This document shows, piece after piece, positions 57,193 through 64,000 of a stretch of DNA of 64,000 nt. Where the stretch lies: the NCBI GenBank assembly GCA_009692515.1, contig SHZA01000001.1:9824-73823 (forward strand), given 5' to 3'. Numbering within the stretch: position 1 is the first letter of the stretch; every line of letters begins with the position of its first letter. Below the pieces are notes generated by a model. The model was not told the origin of the DNA. It saw only the letters and a program-made list of their open reading frames with translations, and searched no databases. This stretch comes from Bdellovibrionales bacterium (GTDB lineage: Bacteria > Bdellovibrionota > FAC87 > UBA2466). Position numbers and translations under genes: made by a program.

Positions 57193-59412
57193 ATGAAAAA
57201 ACATGATGTTTTCAAGTTTTTTTTGGTTGCGATAGTTGTGAGTTTGATAATTTTGTTCTTTAACTTCAATTTAGGGAGTTACCTCACTTTAGATTACTTA
57301 AGACAGCAACAATCCTCCTTTCAAAATTTCTATGAACTAAACCCACTAAAAACATTAGGGACCTACTTTATTATTTATGTGTTATCTACCGCCTTATCCC
57401 TTCCCGGAGCTGCAGTCCTTACCTTGGCCGGGGGGGCTCTTTTCGGATTGGGAACAGGATTAGTTCTGGTTTCCTTTGCCTCAACTCTTGGAGCTACTTT
57501 AGCTTTATTAGTTTCTCGCTTTCTTTTGAGAGATCTTGTTCAATCCAAATTTAAAGATAGTCTAGGTGCTATCAATGCGGGAATCCAAAAGGAAGGGGCT
57601 TTTTATCTTTTTAGTCTAAGATTAATTCCTGCCTTCCCATTTTTCATGATTAATTTAGTGATGGGGCTGACTCCAATCTCTGTGGGAAAATTCTTTTGGG
57701 TAAGTCAATTAGGAATGCTTCCCGGAACTGCTGTGTTTGTTAATGCGGGTACCCAGCTCTCCCAGCTACAATCTTTGAAGGGTATTTTATCACCTTCAAT
57801 ACTTTTTTCATTTGTGATTTTGGGTATTTTTCCGCTAATCGCAAAAACAGTTTTGAATTATTACAAGGAAAATAAAATTCTTCGAACCTTTAAGAAACCC
57901 AAAAAGTTTGACTATAATATTGCCGTCATTGGAGCGGGATCAGGAGGTTTGGTTTCTGCTTATATCGCTGCTGCAGTCAAAGCAAAGGTCGTTTTGATTG
58001 AAAAGCATAAGATGGGAGGAGACTGCTTAAATACAGGCTGCGTACCCAGTAAAGCTTTAATAAAATCAGCAAAAATTATTTCTTATATTCGTCGACACAA
58101 AGAATTTGGACTTAAAAATGCGACTGTAGAATTTGATTTTGCCGACATTATGGATCGAGTTCAAAATGTAATAAAAACGGTCGAGCCCCACGATTCAGTA
58201 GAAAGATATTCAAGTTTAGGAGTGGAGTGTCTTTCAGGTACGGCTAAAATTTTAAGCCCTTATGAAATTGCCGTGAATGGAAAAATTATCACCACTAAAA
58301 ATATAATTATAGCCACCGGCGGAAGGCCTGCAGCACCGCCCATCAAAGGCGTCGAGAAAATTAAATTTTTAGACAGTGATTCTATTTGGTCCCTCCGAAT
58401 AAAACCTAGGAATCTTTTGGTGGTAGGCGGCGGGCCTATTGGGTGTGAGATCGCACAGTGTTTTCAAAGATTAGGAGCCCAAGTAAATCTGGTACAAAGA
58501 GGCCCTCGAATTCTTCATCGTGAAGATACTGAAGCTGCCCATCTCGTTCAAGAAAGCTTTAAACGAGATGGGATTATACTGCACCTAGATGCCATCGCTA
58601 AGGAATTTATTATTGAAAATAATAAAAATTATCTCATCATTGAAACTAATGGCCGAGACTCTCGCATCGAATTTGATCAGGTCGTTATGGCCCTAGGGAG
58701 AAAAGCCAATATATCCGGCTTTGGTTTAGAAGAGTTAGGGGTCACTATCACTCCACAGGGAACCATAGAGGTAGATCCCTTTCTAAGAACTAACTATCCC
58801 AATATTTTTGCCGTAGGAGATGTCGCGGGCCCTTACCAGTTCACTCATACCGCAGCTCACATGGCATGGTTTGCGGCGGTTAATGCTTTGTTTGGATCTC
58901 TAAAGAAATTTAAAGTTGATTACCGAGTGGTTCCTTGGTGTACCTTTACAGATCCTGAAGTGGCTCGTGTCGGACTCAGTGAAGATGAAGCGAAAGAGAA
59001 AAAAATTCCCTATGAAGTCTCTATTTACGGTGTTGATGATTTAGACCGAGCTATTGCCGATCAAGAGGCCCATGGTATTGTGAAGGTTCTTACCGTACCA
59101 GGCAGTGATAAAATTTTAGGAGCTATGATCACAGGGGATCACGCGGGTGATTATATTGTGGAATTTGTTTCCGCAATGAAACACCGATTTGGAATGAATA
59201 AAATCTTAGGAACGATTCATATTTACCCCACACTAGGAGAGGCCAATAAGTACGTAGCGGGTGTATGGAAGAAAAATCATGCTCCCGAAAAACTACTTGG
59301 CTGGGTGCAAAAATTTCACGCTTGGCGAAGAGGTGATACCACCGCCAATATTAGTAAGCCTTCCTCAGATAATACAAAAGACTCTTCTAATGATTCTCAT
59401 TTAGCGGCATAA
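57193..59412 (+). CDS. DedA/TVP38-family membrane domain fused to a class I pyridine-nucleotide-disulfide oxidoreductase (MerA/Lpd-like)
   Basis: The N-terminal 230 aa have 5 to 6 TMs and a DedA-type signature (GLVLVSFASTLGATLALLVSRFLLRD). The PNDR part has the FAD fold (IAVIGAGSGG), the redox-active disulfide GGDCLNTGCVPSK, the NAD fold (LLVVGGGPIGCE) and the dimerisation-domain HP motif (HIYPTLGE). Confidence 0.8.
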   Translation: MKKHDVFKFFLVAIVVSLIILFFNFNLGSYLTLDYLRQQQSSFQNFYELNPLKTLGTYFIIYVLSTALSLPGAAVLTLAGGALFGLGTGLVLVSFASTLGATLALLVSRFLLRDLVQSKFKDSLGAINAGIQKEGAFYLFSLRLIPAFPFFMINLVMGLTPISVGKFFWVSQLGMLPGTAVFVNAGTQLSQLQSLKGILSPSILFSFVILGIFPLIAKTVLNYYKENKILRTFKKPKKFDYNIAVIGAGSGGLVSAYIAAAVKAKVVLIEKHKMGGDCLNTGCVPSKALIKSAKIISYIRRHKEFGLKNATVEFDFADIMDRVQNVIKTVEPHDSVERYSSLGVECLSGTAKILSPYEIAVNGKIITTKNIIIATGGRPAAPPIKGVEKIKFLDSDSIWSLRIKPRNLLVVGGGPIGCEIAQCFQRLGAQVNLVQRGPRILHREDTEAAHLVQESFKRDGIILHLDAIAKEFIIENNKNYLIIETNGRDSRIEFDQVVMALGRKANISGFGLEELGVTITPQGTIEVDPFLRTNYPNIFAVGDVAGPYQFTHTAAHMAWFAAVNALFGSLKKFKVDYRVVPWCTFTDPEVARVGLSEDEAKEKKIPYEVSIYGVDDLDRAIADQEAHGIVKVLTVPGSDKILGAMITGDHAGDYIVEFVSAMKHRFGMNKILGTIHIYPTLGEANKYVAGVWKKNHAPEKLLGWVQKFHAWRRGDTTANISKPSSDNTKDSSNDSHLAA

Positions 59413-59457
59413 AAAAACCCCAGAGACCTTTTTTAAGTGCTCTGGGGTTTTCATTTT
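59411..59457. terminator. bidirectional rho-independent terminator between convergent genes
   Basis: An A7 tract is followed by the stem CCCCAGAG/CTCTGGGG and then a T-rich tract (ttttcatttt). Confidence 0.7.
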
Positions 59458-59470
59458 AAATTAAATTAAA

Positions 59471-59764
59471 TTAAGTGTGAGAGTTATCACACTCATCGGT
59501 ATGACCTTTATGATTTTTGTGATGATGGCCATCATGTTCATAGTCTGTATGGTCCCCATGCTTTTCGGTTTTATGGCCACATTTTTTAGCATGTTTGTGT
59601 TCATGATTCTCGTGAGTTTTATGCTCAGCATCCATTGGCTTTGAAGTAGCCTCTGCAGCTGGAGCTGGTGCTACTGCAGGTGCAGCCTCATCAGCAAAGA
59701 TTGGATTTCCAACAAGACCGAGTAAAGAAATAAAGGCTAGCCCTTTAATTAGTTTTAATGTCAT
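59471..59764 (-). CDS. small His-rich periplasmic protein (putative metal-binding)
   Basis: It has a signal peptide (MTLKLIKGLAFISLLGLVGNPIFA). The mature part is about 70 aa with about 17 His (HKTHENHEHKHAKKCGHKTEKHGDHTDYEHDGHHHKNHKGHTDECDNSHT). Confidence 0.6.
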   Translation of the reverse strand: MTLKLIKGLAFISLLGLVGNPIFADEAAPAVAPAPAAEATSKPMDAEHKTHENHEHKHAKKCGHKTEKHGDHTDYEHDGHHHKNHKGHTDECDNSHT

Positions 59765-59901
59765 ATGATAACTCCTTAATTAATAAATTTAAAAAGATGA
59801 TGACTTATTATATCTCAATCCCATTTAGTAAGGTTAGCATGCCGTATCAATTATTTTCGGCACAAGATTTAAATGGAATAAACCTAGGTAAAAATTCATT
59901 T

Positions 59902-60447
59902 TCAGCCATCGGTTAGGCCGTGAAGAACGACTACGATTTCATGTTTTCTCAGATCGATCCAAATCAAAGCACTCGCCTCTACACTAGGAGCCCAATAGGT
60001 AGCACTATCAAGATAGACCCGATTATTTTTCAGATTACTTTTTAAGCTTTTAGAAAACAGAGAAATAAACTTCTCAAAATTCCGAATCGCCAACTTAGAA
60101 GGACCGTCTTCTAAGGTTAAAGCCCCCTGCTTAGCATTGGCTAAATGAAGATTTAAACTCTCGCGAATCACTTTACTGCCCTGTTTTGAAGTTGTTAACT
60201 GGCTAGACAACTCAAGATCGGTTTTTATAAACCTTTTAGCTTGCTCTAATGTGAGTTCAATAAAGTGATATTTATGCACCTGGGGGCACAGGGCCAACTC
60301 CTTAAGCTCGCTCTCTAGGGGTAAACAACGCGCACTCACAAGTGTTTCTAATTCCACGTTTAGAACCCCACCTTTGGAGTTATCCCCCCTTAAATTAGTG
60401 TTCAATAAAACAAATAAAACCAATAAAAACAATATATTACAATTCAT
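59902..60447 (-). CDS. secreted hypothetical protein
   Basis: It has a signal peptide (MNCNILFLLVLFVLLNTNLRG). No family was recognised. Confidence 0.4.
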   Translation of the reverse strand: MNCNILFLLVLFVLLNTNLRGDNSKGGVLNVELETLVSARCLPLESELKELALCPQVHKYHFIELTLEQAKRFIKTDLELSSQLTTSKQGSKVIRESLNLHLANAKQGALTLEDGPSKLAIRNFEKFISLFSKSLKSNLKNNRVYLDSATYWAPSVEASALIWIDLRKHEIVVVLHGLTDG

Positions 60448-60511
60448 AGTTACCTCAGATAAAATTACTAAGGCCGACACTAACTCAACGCATTAAGTAT
60501 TTCAAGGGGGG

Positions 60512-61150
60512 TCAGTGAATGGGTTTATTAGGCAGCTCATTAGGGTTCTCACCCGTCGCAGGAAAGTATTGGGCTAATAGGTTGCCCATCTCTTGAATGG
60601 CCTTTGCCATAGCTTGACCGGCAGCCTTGGTTTTAATTCCCTGCACAATTTCTTTGACCTGAATATCCCAAGTTTCTGAGCCCACCTTTTTATTAATTCC
60701 AGAATCGGCGAGAATTTGCACTCGCCTTTCAAACTCTGAAACAAAGATCAAAATTCCAGTCGCCTCTTTCGTTTGGGCTAACCCCTGTGCTGTAAACTCT
60801 CTTAAAGCCCTAAAATAAACCTTTTTTTCTAACTGTCGGAAAGAGATGAGATATCTAGAAACGATTGGAAATGAGGTGACTATTAATCCGATAACTAAGG
60901 TTGCTAATGGCCATTCCCAAAGGGGAATAGATTCCTCCGAAAATCCTAAAAATCGATTTTCTAAAACAGCAATTCCAGTTCCCATCACTGTAAAAAAGAT
61001 AGCACGTAATAAATAGTGTTCCCAAAATGTGGCCGATTTTTTAACGACCATCATGACAATTTCACCACGACTTTTAACTTCAGCTTGTTGAATAGCCTTC
61101 TCAATCAGCTGAAAATCTCCTTCGGAAAAGTATTGATAGTCTTTCACCAT
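60512..61150 (-). CDS. membrane protein with an N-terminal TPM-like domain (third member of the LemA/TPM module)
   Basis: LIEKAIQQAEVKSRGEIVMMVV resembles the TPM/YgcG N-terminal block. It has 2 to 3 TM helices. It overlaps the upstream TPM gene by 7 bp. Confidence 0.5.
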   Translation of the reverse strand: MVKDYQYFSEGDFQLIEKAIQQAEVKSRGEIVMMVVKKSATFWEHYLLRAIFFTVMGTGIAVLENRFLGFSEESIPLWEWPLATLVIGLIVTSFPIVSRYLISFRQLEKKVYFRALREFTAQGLAQTKEATGILIFVSEFERRVQILADSGINKKVGSETWDIQVKEIVQGIKTKAAGQAMAKAIQEMGNLLAQYFPATGENPNELPNKPIH

Positions 61151-61884
61151 GATCCTGAAGACCCCCCCCCACCAAAACCACCGCCTCCACCGCCCCCAAA
61201 ACCACCGCCACCACCCCAGCTACCCCCACCGCCAAATCCCCCTCCACCCCAGTGAGAGGTTCCATTCCGACCTAGTCGACGATAGGAAGGCCCCAAAAAC
61301 AGATTCTTCAAACAAAAAATTCCCATAATCAAAAGAAAGATAAGATTCCTTATCAACATAAAATGTTTCTTTTTAGCTGAAGCAGGTTCAGGAATTGGAG
61401 TTCCAGATTTTAAAACTTGCGTTTCCACTACCGATAAAATGGTGTCGATTCCAGAACGATAATCTTGTCGTCTAAATTCATCTCTAACTAAAGCTAAAAT
61501 CTGTCGGGTTTTAGCATCTGGTAGGTCTCCCTCTAAACCATAACCCACCTCTAAGCGAGACTTTCGATCCTTAATGGCCAAAAGAATTAAAACACCGCGA
61601 TCACTTCCCTTTTTACCTAATTTCCAATTCTCTACTACTTTTAAAGCAAAAGGAGCAATATCCTCCCCTTCAAGCGTAGAGGTTATTAAGAGCGCAGCCT
61701 GAACGTTCGCCTTACTATTTAACTGAATAATTTTTTGACCGAGATAGTCCTGATCTGTTCTTGATAAATAGTTCTCTGGATCTACTACCCAACCCGAAAA
61801 AGAGGGAACCCCTATAGAAAAAAGCTGCCCCTGCAAAATGACGAACACAAAACTTAATAAAACTTTGAATTTGAAAAATTTCAA
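61144..61884 (-). CDS. TPM-domain protein (YgcG-like) with C-terminal TM helix and Gly-rich tail
   Basis: It has a signal peptide and the TPM-domain block (VVDPENYLSRTDQDYLGQKI...LLAIKDRKSRLEVGYGLEG). It has a C-terminal TM helix and a GGGFGGGGSWGGGGGFGGGGGGGFGGGG tail, as in YgcG. Confidence 0.7.
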   Translation of the reverse strand: MKFFKFKVLLSFVFVILQGQLFSIGVPSFSGWVVDPENYLSRTDQDYLGQKIIQLNSKANVQAALLITSTLEGEDIAPFALKVVENWKLGKKGSDRGVLILLAIKDRKSRLEVGYGLEGDLPDAKTRQILALVRDEFRRQDYRSGIDTILSVVETQVLKSGTPIPEPASAKKKHFMLIRNLIFLLIMGIFCLKNLFLGPSYRRLGRNGTSHWGGGGFGGGGSWGGGGGFGGGGGGGFGGGGSSGSW

Positions 61885-61886
61885 AT

Positions 61887-62474
61887 TTAGAATTCTACTT
61901 TCGGAGTTTCTTTTACCTTTTCAGCCACACTAAAAGTTTCTCTAACTTGCAAATGAAGTAAATATTGGGCGGTTAAATTTGTAGGAAAAGATCTCACCGT
62001 TTTATTAAACTCAGCTACTGTTTGGATATATCTATTTCTTGCTACCGCAATTCTATTTTCAGTCCCTTCTAATTGAGACTGAAGATCTCGAAATGATTCA
62101 TTAGCTTTGAGATCAGGATATTTTTCAACCACCACCATGAGTTTTGACAACGCTCCACTCAAAGAATCCTGAGCAGCTTGAAACTTTTTAAAATTTCCGG
62201 CGTCAGAAAGATTACTAACTTTAATCTCAGTCGACGTTGCCTTAGCACGAGCGCTAATGACCCCTTCTAGCGTCTCCTTTTCATGTTTAGCATAACCCTT
62301 AACGGTATTAACAAGGTTAGGAATCAAATCGTAGCGTCGTTGGTATTGATTTTCCACTTCACTCCAACCGGCTTTTACATCCTCATCTAAAGATTGAAGC
62401 GAATTGTAACCACATTGTGGAATAAAAATAAGAGTAAGTGCGAGTAAGAGATTACGAAGGGAAAAATAATTCAT
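61887..62474 (-). CDS. LemA-family protein
   Basis: It has an N-terminal TM helix. The LemA signature is GYNSLQSLDEDVKAGWSEVENQYQRRYDLIPNLVNTVKGYA. Confidence 0.85.
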   Translation of the reverse strand: MNYFSLRNLLLALTLIFIPQCGYNSLQSLDEDVKAGWSEVENQYQRRYDLIPNLVNTVKGYAKHEKETLEGVISARAKATSTEIKVSNLSDAGNFKKFQAAQDSLSGALSKLMVVVEKYPDLKANESFRDLQSQLEGTENRIAVARNRYIQTVAEFNKTVRSFPTNLTAQYLLHLQVRETFSVAEKVKETPKVEF

Positions 62475-62546
62475 GCTATGACTCCATTCTAAAAAAGAAC
62501 AGAATCATAGCATCAAGACATTATTACACCAAGATTTTAGCTTGCC

Positions 62547-62921
62547 TTATCGGTAATAAGGATACTGTGGGTACTGGTAACCGTAATTTGGATACCATTT
62601 CTGTGGATAACCGTAGTTTGGATACTGTTGTTGTGGGTAACCGTAGTTTGGATACTGTTGCTGTGGATACTGTTGTTGTGGGTACTGTTGCTGTGGATAC
62701 TGTTGCTGTGGATACTGTTGCTGTGGGTACTGTTGCTGTGGGTACTGTTGCTGTGGGTACTGTTGCTGCGGAAAATTAGGTTGAAGATACCCATTGGCAT
62801 TATAGTTAGGACAGTTGGGATTTGAAGTATTCACCCCCTGCGGACAATCATTATTATTGCCTCCACAAGAACTAAGTAATAGCCCTACTACCAAAAGAGA
62901 AGCTGCAAAAATTTTTTTCAT
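62547..62921 (-). CDS. lipoprotein with (YPQQQ)n tandem repeats, paralog of 56471..56905
   Basis: It has a signal peptide and lipobox (LLLSSCGG), then a Cys-containing linker. There are 11 tandem YPQQQ pentapeptides followed by YPNYGYPQQ units. The DNA shows a 15-bp periodicity. Confidence 0.6.
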   Translation of the reverse strand: MKKIFAASLLVVGLLLSSCGGNNNDCPQGVNTSNPNCPNYNANGYLQPNFPQQQYPQQQYPQQQYPQQQYPQQQYPQQQYPQQQYPQQQYPNYGYPQQQYPNYGYPQKWYPNYGYQYPQYPYYR

Positions 62922-63129
62922 AATCTGTCCTAGTCTCTGCTCATGTAAAATACATTAAGCTAATCACCAGTAGAGCAAATGGTAAGCCAATACTGCTCTC
63001 TAGCTGAATTCAACCCGTATTGTGAAAATTGACGTAACTTTCAAGACAATAATGACAATTCACGGCATTTAACTACTAAAGAAAGTACTCTCAAGCGATA
63101 ATTAACAAAATGAATAAAGAGGTAATCCT

Positions 63130-63759
63130 ATGACTAATCAATTGATAGGCCTCAATACTTGTGGTTGTAAAAAAACAAAACACCCGTTTTCAAAAATTGT
63201 AATCACAGGTGGCCCAGGTGCTGGTAAGTCTGCTATTTCAGAGGTAGCAAAGATCCAATTATGTTCTCATGTAGCCGTTCTGCCTGAAGCTGCAACCCTC
63301 CTATTTCAAGGTGGATTTTGGCGCGAAACCACTATTAATGGTAGAGAATCGGCACAAAGAACTATTTTTCATATTCAAAGAGAGATGGAGCGTTTTGTAA
63401 AGCGAGAAAAAAAATACTCCATTGCCATTTGCGATCGAGGAACTCTGGATGGACTAGCTTACTGGCCGAATTCTCCCGCCTCTTTTTTTAAAAACTTAAA
63501 TACCTCCCGCTCAGAAGAGCTTTTAAGTTATTCCGCAGTGATTCACTTAAGAACTCCTTCGGAAAACAAGGGCTATAATCTCCAGAATTCCATGAGAGTT
63601 GAAAGTGCTAAAGAGGCTAGGCTAATCGATAAAAAAATAGAAAAGGCATGGGAAGGCCATCCTCGTAGATTTTTTATCGACAGCACTAAAAGCTTCATGG
63701 AGAAAATAGAAAATACTCTGATTATCTTAAGGCAAGAGATTCCGGCTTGTTGTAGTTAA
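63130..63759 (+). CDS. P-loop NTPase (AAA_28-like kinase/ATPase), hypothetical
   Basis: The Walker A motif is ITGGPGAGKSAISEV. A Walker B-like IAICDRG is present. It is 209 aa. Confidence 0.5.
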   Translation: MTNQLIGLNTCGCKKTKHPFSKIVITGGPGAGKSAISEVAKIQLCSHVAVLPEAATLLFQGGFWRETTINGRESAQRTIFHIQREMERFVKREKKYSIAICDRGTLDGLAYWPNSPASFFKNLNTSRSEELLSYSAVIHLRTPSENKGYNLQNSMRVESAKEARLIDKKIEKAWEGHPRRFFIDSTKSFMEKIENTLIILRQEIPACCS

Positions 63760-64000
63760 ATGAGTAGACTTCTAAAGAATTGTTATCGATGATGGGCACC
63801 TATGAAGAGTTGTGTTTGGGGATTCCTTTTTCTTTTTAGTCATCTAATTTTTGCGCTACCTAATGACACGCTTTCAGAACTTCCCGAGAACTCAATTCCT
63901 GAATTCACTAAAATAATCATTGGCCTAGATTTAGAGTTATTAATTCCTGATAATTTATCAGGTCTATCCTTACCTCAAACACTCACAGGCCCTCAATTGG

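Noticed and set aside
61016-61255. Pro-rich plus-strand ORF (PPPPKPPPPPPPKPPPP)
   Set aside because: It is the complement of the Gly-rich tail coding sequence of the YgcG-like TPM gene. It is embedded antisense within two minus-strand genes.
62438-62825. Plus-strand ORFs MRVRDYEG... (62438..62779) and MLWVTVVWILLLWIL... (62628..62825), plus the minus-strand ORF 62537..62800 (STHSNSTHSNS)
   Set aside because: All three lie within the (YPQQQ)n repeat region. They are reading-frame and complement shadows of the 15-bp DNA repeat. Only the frame giving a signal peptide, a lipobox and a coherent protein (62547..62921, minus strand) is plausible.

Overview
This is a 64-kb chromosomal window from a low-GC (roughly 40%) Gram-negative bacterium. 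The left end is a compact Tad/Flp pilus locus (1..7471): two TadE-like pseudopilins, two tandem CpaB paralogs, the CpaC secretin, a single polypeptide that fuses the TadZ/CpaE ParA-type ATPase to the CpaF/TadA secretion ATPase, and one TadB/C platform gene. A secreted YD-repeat protein follows it. The rest of the window is mixed. It holds a 1201-aa multidomain Fe-S flavoprotein (GltD/NfnB-like plus PyrK/NfnA-like modules) and a secreted M4 metalloprotease whose C-terminus consists of near-identical 270-bp FN3 tandem repeats. An amine-catabolism set lies at 17471..23836: a periplasmic copper amine oxidase divergent from an APC permease–aldehyde dehydrogenase–class III aminotransferase operon. 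Housekeeping genes include prs-rplY(ctc)-pth-ychF, ileS and a tRNA-Arg(UCU). There is a CheA-family kinase with permuted domain order next to a stand-alone receiver, an arginase-family hydrolase, a DEDDh exonuclease and a flavodoxin fusion. The right half carries an S8 subtilase, scoAB CoA-transferase, an acyl-CoA ligase, OsmC, a bestrophin-like channel, a Tgt fused to an MnmC/DUF752-like methyltransferase domain, ZnuA/ZnuB-like metal-uptake genes with outer-membrane barrel proteins, a DedA–pyridine-nucleotide-disulfide-oxidoreductase fusion, a His-rich periplasmic protein, a LemA–TPM–TPM module and two paralogous Q/N/Y/P-rich tandem-repeat lipoproteins. I found no rRNA, CRISPR array, transposase or integrase. 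The many secreted hydrolases, the Tad pilus and the low-complexity lipoproteins would be compatible with a predatory delta-proteobacterium-like (Bdellovibrio-like) organism, but that is only an inference. The features I consider most likely to be new are the single-polypeptide TadZ–TadA ATPase, the permuted CheA-like kinase, the Tgt–MnmC-like fusion, the DedA–PNDR fusion, the fused Nfn-like enzyme and the repeat lipoproteins.
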